From IMG/VR virus record IMGVR_UViG_3300036668_000183, positions 3,511 to 67,510 of that record: DNA of 64,000 bases, one strand, 5' to 3'. The notes beneath the pieces were generated by a model. It saw only the letters and a program-made list of their open reading frames with translations. It made no database searches and was not told the origin of the DNA. The position numbers and the translations under genes were made by a program. Position 1 is the stretch's first letter, and each line of letters opens with the position of its first letter. The stretch is from a virus. Below are positions 15,945-23,615 of the stretch, one piece after another.

Positions 15945-16280
15945 ATTGTTGTATGAAGTGAGGCGAACACAAGGCAAGACGCGGGTGCAAATCCCACCAC
16001 CTCCACCAAAAGAATTCTTCACCCTTATACGGTACAGTCGCCTAGACTAAAGACGTATATAAAGAGTTCTTTTGATGGGGGTGAACTAGGATCGATTGCT
16101 ACGTCAGTAACTGAATGGACAACTCGGTAATGCTAAAACCGTTAGGGTTAGGAGTTTCCTGACCGAAGAAGCGAAACAAATAAATGCAGCCAATAACAGC
16201 ATTTTCGAAGCAGAACGCTTAGTAGCGTAATCACTTCTGGGGTTTTGTTGATTGTCCTTATTATCCAATCAATCACCACT
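15945..16280 (+). ncRNA. ssrA: circularly permuted (two-piece) tmRNA
   Basis: T arm + CACCTCC-A-CCA (ends 16008) precedes GGGGGTG (16077-16083), which pairs with it including G3-U70; tag frame 16186-16230 AANNSIFEAERLVA*; outer ends approximate. Confidence 0.88.
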
Positions 16281-16311
16281 TTTATTTTTGTGAAACCACT
16301 GGAGAAATGAA

Positions 16312-16545
16312 ATGAGTAAGACACCACATGAAATTAGATTAGACATTCTTAAAATGGCTCTAGAGTCAGAATTCATTCGCTACAATACCGAGTGTGAAGT
16401 AGTGAGATCAAATTGGCAAGTCGCCTTAGATTCTGCTCGTGATGAACATCGTAACCTACCAATTCTTTCTGGGTTGCCAGAGTTTCCTTCAGAAAAGGCT
16501 ATAATCGATAGGGCAAAATTCTTTAGCAAATTTGTTGGCTTATAA
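16312..16545 (+). CDS. conserved phage hypothetical protein
   Basis: SKTPHEIRLDILKMA...FPSE..II.RA..F..FV; GGAG RBS. Confidence 0.7.
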   Translation: MSKTPHEIRLDILKMALESEFIRYNTECEVVRSNWQVALDSARDEHRNLPILSGLPEFPSEKAIIDRAKFFSKFVGL

Positions 16546-16548
16546 ATA
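16541..16548 (+). promoter_or_regulatory. T4-type late promoter TATAAATA
   Basis: Exact consensus upstream of AGGA-ATG 16585. Confidence 0.75.
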
Positions 16549-16584
16549 CCATAGAAACGTAAATAATAAATTACTAGGAAAATA

Positions 16585-17151
16585 ATGTTATCATTTGTTG
16601 AGTACATTGCATGTAGCGAATTGGTGTCAGAAGACGCCCAACAAGTGCTACGTTACGCCGCGAAGCAACACCGAAAGCAAACTCGTTCGGATGGGACGCC
16701 TTACATTTCTCACCCTGTTCGGGTTGCTCAACACATTAGACAATTCAAACAATCCCACAATATCGAAGCATTGGTAAGCGCGGCTTACCTACACGACACA
16801 ATTGAAGATACTAATACAACCTACGAAGATCTAAAAAAGTTGTTCGGTGGTCTTATTGCATCCTTGGTAAAAGAGTTGACCTCTGATGAATCAGAACTCG
16901 AAAAATTAGGAAAGACCGAATACCTATCCAAAAAAATGTTGGGTATGAGTAGTTGGGCTCTGGTGATAAAATTAGCAGATCGCCTAGATAATGTAAAAGA
17001 CATCACGACCGCTAAGACTCCTGCATGGCGCTCTAAGTACAAAAAAGAAACCGAATCACTTATGAATGTCCTTGAAAAGGGCAGAGTTCTTTCGGGTACC
17101 CACAAAAAGATCATAGGTCTTATTCGAAATAAGTTGAAAGAAGTAGGCTAG
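16585..17151 (+). CDS. RelA/SpoT-type HD domain small alarmone hydrolase
   Basis: H..QTR..GTPYISHP, LHDTIEDT, IKLADRLDN; no synthetase domain. Confidence 0.88.
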   Translation: MLSFVEYIACSELVSEDAQQVLRYAAKQHRKQTRSDGTPYISHPVRVAQHIRQFKQSHNIEALVSAAYLHDTIEDTNTTYEDLKKLFGGLIASLVKELTSDESELEKLGKTEYLSKKMLGMSSWALVIKLADRLDNVKDITTAKTPAWRSKYKKETESLMNVLEKGRVLSGTHKKIIGLIRNKLKEVG

Positions 17152-17169
17152 ACTTTCACATACTATATT

Positions 17170-17820
17170 ATGAAATCAAATGCAACAACAACCCTTCATA
17201 TAGTAGGTAATGGGAACTCAGAGAATCTATTTTTGCGTTCTGATTACCCTAGCGCCGATATTGTTATTGGTTGCAACTTTTCGAATCCAAAACACCGACC
17301 AGACCTAACAATAATGATTGACATAAAGCCTTTCATGAAGTTCTATGAAGGCGTAGTGTTGACTATCCCTCTTGTTATATCCGAGCGTTGTGAAAATTAT
17401 GTTTTGAAAGATATGGGTGGCTGGGATAAAGTCCCTAAAGGCTCCCTACTCCTCTCTGACGTGATTCCTATGATACACCCTAAGGAAAGACCCTACCCAA
17501 TGAACTCGGGTCACCACGCCACGTTATATGGCATCAATGAGGTGTTAGAGCACACAAAGACAATACACCTATGGGGATTTAATTCCTTTTGGTCAGATGA
17601 CATGTCGTCTCTTACTAATGCCTACGTACAAAGATCCGAGCATGCAAAAACTAACAATAGGGTCAGTGAAACATGGCGCAACTACTGGGTTGAAATTTTT
17701 AACAGTAACCCAAGCATTGAGTTTTGTGTACACTGTCCCAATGATTCAAATATCACTAACCATTCTTTGACACAAGTCAAAAATCTAAAGGTACAAAAAC
17801 ATCATGAAAGCACTAGGTGA
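17170..17820 (+). CDS. glycosyltransferase-like protein (GT29/Maf-like Rossmann)
   Basis: IVGNGNS, VIGCN, NSG, IHLWGF motifs. Confidence 0.5.
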   Translation: MKSNATTTLHIVGNGNSENLFLRSDYPSADIVIGCNFSNPKHRPDLTIMIDIKPFMKFYEGVVLTIPLVISERCENYVLKDMGGWDKVPKGSLLLSDVIPMIHPKERPYPMNSGHHATLYGINEVLEHTKTIHLWGFNSFWSDDMSSLTNAYVQRSEHAKTNNRVSETWRNYWVEIFNSNPSIEFCVHCPNDSNITNHSLTQVKNLKVQKHHESTR

Positions 17821-18352
17821 ATATATACTTGTAGTCGACCAAGCGATCCCCTCTGAATTATGCGAAAGGACGATTAGGCTTTACGATGAGTGTGATAAGA
17901 CGATTCAAAGAGATACCGAGGTCTACCGATTCACTGAACTTAACATAAACCAAGAAGCTTCGTTTAATGAATGTGTGGCTCAGTTGCAGTCAATTACTCA
18001 ACGGGTACATGACTCGTATATTAAAAATACAGGCTCGAATTTTCTTCCAATTGAGCATGGCTATGAGCAACATCGCATGAAGAAATACGAAGCCAACGAT
18101 AAAGATCAGTTCGATTGGCATACAGATGTCGGCGACCATGCTTCGGCTAAGAGATATTTGGTAATGTTTTACTATCTCAATACCGTAGAAGATGGGGGCG
18201 AAACCCTATTTCACATTGGTGAAATTTACTCAGTGAAACCGAAGCAGGGTAGAGTCGTTTGCTTTCCCCCAAACTTCATGTACCCACACAAGGGTAGCAA
18301 ACCCATTTCAGGGCCCAAATATATCATATCGACCTATGGGCATTATTTGTAA
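17804..18352 (+). CDS. 2OG-Fe(II) oxygenase (prolyl-4-hydroxylase-like)
   Basis: WHTD, YLN....GGETLF, PKQG....FP, YPH...KY. Confidence 0.88.
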   Translation: MKALGEYILVVDQAIPSELCERTIRLYDECDKTIQRDTEVYRFTELNINQEASFNECVAQLQSITQRVHDSYIKNTGSNFLPIEHGYEQHRMKKYEANDKDQFDWHTDVGDHASAKRYLVMFYYLNTVEDGGETLFHIGEIYSVKPKQGRVVCFPPNFMYPHKGSKPISGPKYIISTYGHYL

Positions 18353-18358
18353 TTTAGT

Positions 18359-18387
18359 TTTACTTTTATTGAAATTTAGGTTACAAT
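18359..18387 (+). promoter_or_regulatory. sigma70-like early promoter
   Basis: TTTACT, 17 nt, TACAAT. Confidence 0.7.
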
Positions 18388-18427
18388 AAATTCTGTAAAC
18401 AAAACTAAACGGAAACTATATCATGAA
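18376..18427 (+). repeat. 52-bp promoter/leader direct repeat, copy 1 (copy 2 at 18679-18730)
   Basis: TTAGGTTACAATAAATTCTGTAAACAAAAC.AAACGGAAA.TATATCATGAA, 2 mismatches. Confidence 0.9.
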
Positions 18428-18677
18428 AGTTGGAATCTTTAAGTTTGTTGAAGTTTGTATCGGCGATTCTTATGGTCGAAATGATTGCTTAGTAAATGAT
18501 GGCTTAGATACTATGGTCGAGATATACGACACTCGCTACGGTCAATTCGTTAGTCGCTACTATGCGTTCACCATAAAGACTATGTCAGACAACGAAGGTT
18601 TAGATATTGGTGATGGTTGGTCTATGGACAAAAATGAAGTTAAAAAATTACGTGAATTCACTTACTCTTTAGCCTAA
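18423..18677 (+). CDS. early hypothetical protein
   Basis: Follows repeat leader; GQFVSRYY motif. Confidence 0.7.
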   Translation: MKVGIFKFVEVCIGDSYGRNDCLVNDGLDTMVEIYDTRYGQFVSRYYAFTIKTMSDNEGLDIGDGWSMDKNEVKKLREFTYSLA

Positions 18678-18725
18678 ATTAGGTTACAATAAATTCTGTA
18701 AACAAAACCAAACGGAAAATATATC

Positions 18726-19004
18726 ATGAATGTAAATGACATCAGTCTTGCGATTTTGAACGGTGATTTTAGTAACAGTGATCTTAATAACATCGGTGAC
18801 GCAATTAATTACGCAAAAAAGCGCTTGGCCGACAAATCTATTAGTTCATTAAATCTTGGTGATTTGGTATCTTTTAGTACTCGCAAGGATAATACGGTCT
18901 ATAAAGGTTCTATCGTTAAGATTGCCTTAAAATATGTTAACGTGAAAACTGCTGATGGGGTATGGAAAGTTCCTGCCAATGTCTTATCAAAATTATCAGC
19001 CTAA
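18726..19004 (+). CDS. early hypothetical protein with SH3-like C-terminus
   Basis: Follows repeat leader; LGDLVSF...G.IVKI...WKVPA. Confidence 0.7.
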   Translation: MNVNDISLAILNGDFSNSDLNNIGDAINYAKKRLADKSISSLNLGDLVSFSTRKDNTVYKGSIVKIALKYVNVKTADGVWKVPANVLSKLSA

Positions 19005-19016
19005 TAGGAGAACCCC

Positions 19017-19409
19017 ATGGGTTTAGATATGTATTTGTTTGCAAAAGAAATTGATACCAGTCGCGAATTGGTTGTAGGTGGAGATGAATACTGTGCCATA
19101 ACATGGCGCAAGGCTAATGCGATTCATAAGTGGTTCGTCAAAAACGTTCAGGGCGGTGTTGATGATTGTGGGGAATATCTCGTCAGTCCCGAAAAACTAA
19201 AAGAGTTGTCTAGATTATGTAAACAATGTATCGATGATGTAGGTAAGGCTGAAAAACTTCTTCCTACGTCAAGTGGATTCTTTTTCGGTTCGACAGAGTA
19301 CGACGAATGGTACATGGAAGATCTAAGGGATACATCTAAAAAACTTGACTGGGCTTTGGGTGAGCATCCTGAAAAAATATATGCATTTTATTATTCCTCT
19401 TCTTGGTAA
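19017..19409 (+). CDS. conserved phage hypothetical protein
   Basis: MGLDMYL, WRKANAIHKWFV, LPT.SGFFFGS..YDEWY; AGGAG RBS. Confidence 0.75.
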   Translation: MGLDMYLFAKEIDTSRELVVGGDEYCAITWRKANAIHKWFVKNVQGGVDDCGEYLVSPEKLKELSRLCKQCIDDVGKAEKLLPTSSGFFFGSTEYDEWYMEDLRDTSKKLDWALGEHPEKIYAFYYSSSW

Positions 19410-19414
19410 AAAGT

Positions 19415-19443
19415 TTTACTTTTATTGAAATTTAGGTTATACT
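19415..19443 (+). promoter_or_regulatory. sigma70-like early promoter
   Basis: TTTACT, 17 nt, TATACT; spacer matches the 18359 copy. Confidence 0.7.
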
Positions 19444-19481
19444 TAGTTGTTGAAGATATTTAATACATCATGGAGCATCAA

Positions 19482-19814
19482 ATGGATAACATTGAAAACG
19501 TACTTGATTCGGCAAGAGTCGCGGCATTCGAGGCGGCAAGCAAATCTTTCGTAAATGACTTGGGTAGCGTAGATCGTCCTATGTGTGGCTATGCTTGGGT
19601 TGAGGTTTACGGTGTTCGCATTAACTCTAAGGTAGGAAAATCATTGGTTAAGTACGGTTTCAAAAAATCGTACTCTAGTAAGGGTTTAATCTTATGGAAT
19701 CCTTCTGGCTTACCAATACAGAATATGGACGTAAAAGAAGTAGGTTCTTATGCCTATGCCTCAGTGTTACGCGAATCAGGTTTGGACGCGGTTTCGGCTT
19801 CTCGCTTGGATTGA
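19482..19814 (+). CDS. conserved phage hypothetical protein
   Basis: CGYAWV...Q.MD.KE...AYA.VL...SRLD; GGAG RBS before ATG 19482. Confidence 0.7.
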   Translation: MDNIENVLDSARVAAFEAASKSFVNDLGSVDRPMCGYAWVEVYGVRINSKVGKSLVKYGFKKSYSSKGLILWNPSGLPIQNMDVKEVGSYAYASVLRESGLDAVSASRLD

Positions 19815-19839
19815 CATTTTTTTAAAACTCTTGTATAAT
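19811..19839 (+). promoter_or_regulatory. consensus sigma70 promoter
   Basis: TTGACA, 17 nt, TATAAT. Confidence 0.85.
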
Positions 19840-19874
19840 ATGTGTATTGGTTAAGAAAACAACGGAGAAATAAA

Positions 19875-20291
19875 ATGGCTTATATCGGAAAAGACGGAAA
19901 AGCGAAACGCGCTCCTGCTATTAAGGCTTTGTTAGCAAAATACGGTATCAAAGGTTCTTTGTCGATAAGAAATAATTCTTGTCTTATTTTGAGTGTTCGC
20001 TCAGGTAAGATTGATTTTATTAAAAACTTCAACGATAGCGTAGTAGGTTGTCCATATTTGAGTCGCTTATTAAACTCTCCTGCTCGTGATTCTTTGAAAG
20101 TCTCTAGTCCTCGTAGCGCTTCTGGTTACTATCACGGCGATGCAAAAGATTTTCTTTTATCGGCAATCGCGATCTTAATGGGTAGTGATTATCATGATCG
20201 CTCTGATATTATGTCCGACTACTTCGACGTTTCTCACTATATAAGTATCGATATTGGTCGCTGGGATAAGCCCTATGTCTTGGTTTCATAA
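19875..20291 (+). CDS. conserved phage hypothetical protein
   Basis: GGAG RBS before ATG 19875; DRSDIMSDYFD...IGRWDKPY. Confidence 0.7.
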   Translation: MAYIGKDGKAKRAPAIKALLAKYGIKGSLSIRNNSCLILSVRSGKIDFIKNFNDSVVGCPYLSRLLNSPARDSLKVSSPRSASGYYHGDAKDFLLSAIAILMGSDYHDRSDIMSDYFDVSHYISIDIGRWDKPYVLVS

Positions 20292-20315
20292 TTAATATAG
20301 ATACTAGTACGAATC

Positions 20316-20346
20316 AAAACCTCAGGTTCTATAAATGAGGTTTTTT
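20316..20346 (+). terminator. intrinsic terminator
   Basis: AAAACCTCA-N11-TGAGGTTTTTT. Confidence 0.55.
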
Positions 20347-20370
20347 ACTAACATAGAATGGAAGAATTAT

Positions 20371-20640
20371 ATGACCAGAGACGAAATGATTGCAAACCTT
20401 GCTTCTTCAGTTTGTGAAGTGACCTTTAAGAAAGCCAACGGTGAAGAGCGCGTAATGAGGTGTACCCTAGTGAGTGACCTATTACCACCCAAGGTAGTCA
20501 CCACGCCTATTTTAGAGGACTTAGAGACCCCTAAGACACAGAAGAAACCGAGTATAGATGTGATACCCGTGTTCGATCTTCATGCCAATGGGTGGAGATC
20601 TTTTAGGGTCGATAGCGTCACTAATTTTAGATTAGAATAG
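20371..20640 (+). CDS. WYL/SH3-like small protein
   Basis: VTFKKANGEERVMRCTL...VFDL...GWRSFR. Confidence 0.75.
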   Translation: MTRDEMIANLASSVCEVTFKKANGEERVMRCTLVSDLLPPKVVTTPILEDLETPKTQKKPSIDVIPVFDLHANGWRSFRVDSVTNFRLE

Positions 20641-20649
20641 GCTTAGAGT

Positions 20650-21762
20650 ATGGCAAAGGCTAACACTACCAGAATAAAGACAGGGTTACCCACATGCCCT
20701 ACGAATAAGGGCTTAAAGGGGTGTAGATACTTTTTCGATCAGGATGTCGATCGAAAGGTCGCAATGGAAATCAGTAAAAAGTATGTTCGAAAAAATTACG
20801 CTAAGTCCGAAGCAGAGGCGATTTTAGCTAACCCTGATTACCTTTTCTATACCTATACATACCTACCCGCTACGATCCATTGGCATAACATAGGTCAGGC
20901 ATTCGAGACCGACGAAGAGAAAAGATATTTTAAAGAAGTCTCTAGATATTTTGGTGAACTCATTACCAAGGGTAAAGAACTCCTTAAAAATAAAGTTTCG
21001 GATGATGACACCAGCGCCCCTAAAGTTAGGTTAACACCCCAAGAACTTTTGGCAAACAAGATTAACAATACGGTCATGGTCGATCTGGATGAATTAGAGG
21101 ATCAATGGACGGTGGGACAGAAAAGCGAGCTTGCCCTATACGAAGCATTCAAACGCCATGAGTTGAAGGGTCAGGCGGTGAATCCTGTTCATATAAGGCT
21201 ATCCAGATGGCTCTCAGAGTACTCAGACGCCTACAATAAGACTTGCCCACAGATGGTAGAGGGCTACTCTCATTTGCCCCGTACAGAACTCAAGAGGCGT
21301 GTGACGTGCATCACCAAGATGATGAGTGATCTACAAAGAGTCAAAGAGACCACCAAGGCGACTCGTCAACCTAGGGTACCTAAAACCCGTGGGGCAGATA
21401 AACAGGTTCAAAAGTTGCAATACCTTAAAGAGTCTGCAGAATATAAATTGATGTCGGTCAACCCAATTCAGATCCCATCAGCATTTAGACTTTTTACCTT
21501 TAATGCAAAGACTCGCGTTTTGTGTGAGTATGTTACATCTTCGACTTCGGGGTTTGGTGTCAAGGGGACTAGCCTACAAAATTTTGATGAAAGTCAATCA
21601 AAAAGTATCATACTTCGTAAACCTAATGATATAATACCCATCATTCTCAACAAGACACCAAAACAAATCAGCACCGAGTTGAGTAAACTTAGTACTAAAG
21701 AATCTATCCCCAACGGAAGATTTAACATTGATACCATTATATTAAGGATACTAGATAAATGA
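20650..21762 (+). CDS. conserved T4-like hypothetical protein
   Basis: 370-aa ORF, GFGVKGTSLQNF...LRKP...NGRFN..TIILR; ATGA overlap with gp33. Confidence 0.75.
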   Translation: MAKANTTRIKTGLPTCPTNKGLKGCRYFFDQDVDRKVAMEISKKYVRKNYAKSEAEAILANPDYLFYTYTYLPATIHWHNIGQAFETDEEKRYFKEVSRYFGELITKGKELLKNKVSDDDTSAPKVRLTPQELLANKINNTVMVDLDELEDQWTVGQKSELALYEAFKRHELKGQAVNPVHIRLSRWLSEYSDAYNKTCPQMVEGYSHLPRTELKRRVTCITKMMSDLQRVKETTKATRQPRVPKTRGADKQVQKLQYLKESAEYKLMSVNPIQIPSAFRLFTFNAKTRVLCEYVTSSTSGFGVKGTSLQNFDESQSKSIILRKPNDIIPIILNKTPKQISTELSKLSTKESIPNGRFNIDTIILRILDK

Positions 21763-22001
21763 CGCCAGAATTAGAAGCTCAAATTATGACTCAAAAGAAA
21801 TTCACAAAGTTGATCGAAGAAAAGGTTACCAATACACCTAACCTAATGTATCTTGATGCCGTTGTTATTTTGTGTGGTCAATTGGGGTTGGATGAATCCG
21901 AAATAGCGCCTTTAATTTCAAAAATGGTTAAGTCAAAGATCCAAGCCGAAGCGATTAAATTAAAATTGTTAAAGGGAGGTGGTGGGAGGTTGCCGATATG
22001 A
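21759..22001 (+). CDS. gp33: late transcription coactivator gp33
   Basis: F...IE.......YLDAVV..C...K.KIQAEA..L.LL; synteny 33-59-32. Confidence 0.8.
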   Translation: MTPELEAQIMTQKKFTKLIEEKVTNTPNLMYLDAVVILCGQLGLDESEIAPLISKMVKSKIQAEAIKLKLLKGGGGRLPI

Positions 22002-22585
22002 AATTAGAAGGTTACGATGCCTACAGATTTTATGTGGCAGTAAAAATGCACTTTGAATCACCTACCTATGATATAATAAAGTACAATTATAAAACGTCGA
22101 CCAATCACAAGGCGTTTTGGAAGCGTAAAGACAAGTACTTTTTTTCTAAGACGGCTTCGCGCTTTAACACTGCGCCCGAGTTAGTTACGTACTTTGTCTC
22201 TTTTTTCATATCCGATATTAAATGGATCGGGGACATGATAGAACACGAAAAGGTATTCACAGAATATCAAAAACGTGTACAATCACTATCTTATACATTT
22301 TCTTCGGATATAAATAAATTATCAGAAAAAGTCTCGGCTTTTGATGATATGTTTCGAGCAACAGACTCACCCTACCCGATCTTAATCGATCAATATTTAC
22401 AAGGTGAAATCTGTATCGAGACGGTAGTAATCCTTGATCAGTTAACAGGGTTTATTGCTAAAGTAGGGGTGACAGACAATATCATCTGGCCTGATATGTC
22501 TCGTAGAATACAAAAATATTCTACTTTTGTGAAATGCGATCTAGATAAAATGAGATCGATCATATTAAAATCATTTACACAATAG
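21998..22585 (+). CDS. gp59: helicase loader gp59
   Basis: Y.AVKMHF...YD..KY, KRKDKYFF, I..ETVVILD. Confidence 0.88.
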   Translation: MKLEGYDAYRFYVAVKMHFESPTYDIIKYNYKTSTNHKAFWKRKDKYFFSKTASRFNTAPELVTYFVSFFISDIKWIGDMIEHEKVFTEYQKRVQSLSYTFSSDINKLSEKVSAFDDMFRATDSPYPILIDQYLQGEICIETVVILDQLTGFIAKVGVTDNIIWPDMSRRIQKYSTFVKCDLDKMRSIILKSFTQ

Positions 22586-22627
22586 TCATATAATCATATA
22601 AACATATAAACATATTGGAGAAGTATT

Positions 22628-23557
22628 ATGTCTTTTGAAGACTTAAAGAAAAATCGGGCAAATGCCTTTGACAAGCTCAAACAAGCGGCAGAGAAAATTA
22701 GTGGAAATTCCAAAGACTCAAAGTCATATGATGACAGTCGGTTTTGGAAACCCACGATCGACAAGGCGGGTAATGGATATGCAGTAATCCGTTTCTTGCC
22801 ATCCAAGGTCACGAGTGAGGCACCCTATACAAAGTTTTGGGATCATGCCTTTAAGGGCCCACGAGGAGCTTGGTACTTTGAAAAGTCCTTGACAACTCTT
22901 GATGGTGCACCTGATCCTGTTTCTGAATCTAATGCAGAACTCTGGGCAACAGGACTTGAAGAGAATAAACAGATCGCCCGAGATCGTAAACGCAAGTTAC
23001 ATTACGTTTGTAACGTGTATGTGGTTTCGGATCCCGCTCATCCAGAAAATGAAGGAAAGGTTTTTCTTTATAAGCACGGAAGTAAGGTGTTCGAAAAGTA
23101 CAACGATAAGCTTCATCCTCAGTTTGAAGACGAACAACCAATGAACCCATTTGATATGTGGGAAGGTGCGAATTTAAAAATTAAGATTCGCAAGGTTGAG
23201 GGCTATGTAAATTACGACAAGTCCGAGTTCGAATCTTGTTCACCATTGTCCGAGTCCGATGAAAAGCTTGAAGAAATATATGGTCAACTGTATTCTCTCA
23301 AAGAGTTTACGGATCCTTCTACCTTCAAGACCTATGAAGAGCTTAAAGAAAAACTCGATCGTGTATTAGGAAAATCTGGTGGTCGTTCTATGAGTACCGC
23401 AGAACAAATCTCTTTAGACGATACTCAGGAGGCAAGTCAACCGAAGTCAGAGGCTCAGGCTCAGGTTAAGTCTGCAAAACCTGCCCCAATCGTACAAGAC
23501 GAAGACGAAGACGATGATACTTTGTCGTACTTCAAGAAGTTGGCATCACAGGGTTAA
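22628..23557 (+). CDS. gp32: single-stranded DNA-binding protein gp32
   Basis: RFWKPTIDKAGNGYAVIRFLP, PENEGKVFLY, NPFDMWEGAN, NYDKSEF, acidic tail. Confidence 0.97.
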   Translation: MSFEDLKKNRANAFDKLKQAAEKISGNSKDSKSYDDSRFWKPTIDKAGNGYAVIRFLPSKVTSEAPYTKFWDHAFKGPRGAWYFEKSLTTLDGAPDPVSESNAELWATGLEENKQIARDRKRKLHYVCNVYVVSDPAHPENEGKVFLYKHGSKVFEKYNDKLHPQFEDEQPMNPFDMWEGANLKIKIRKVEGYVNYDKSEFESCSPLSESDEKLEEIYGQLYSLKEFTDPSTFKTYEELKEKLDRVLGKSGGRSMSTAEQISLDDTQEASQPKSEAQAQVKSAKPAPIVQDEDEDDDTLSYFKKLASQG

Positions 23558-23579
23558 GGAAGTCTAGTAGGTAGTTATG

Positions 23580-23615
23580 AATGGAGAGAATGATTTTTTA
23601 TTCTCTCCATTTTTT
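23580..23615. terminator. intrinsic terminator between convergent genes
   Basis: AATGGAGAGAAT-loop-ATTCTCTCCATT followed by a T run. Confidence 0.8.

Noticed and set aside
15695-16009. Minus-strand ORF MVEVVGFAPAS...
   Set aside because: Antisense shadow of the tmRNA acceptor/T arm and the upstream gene
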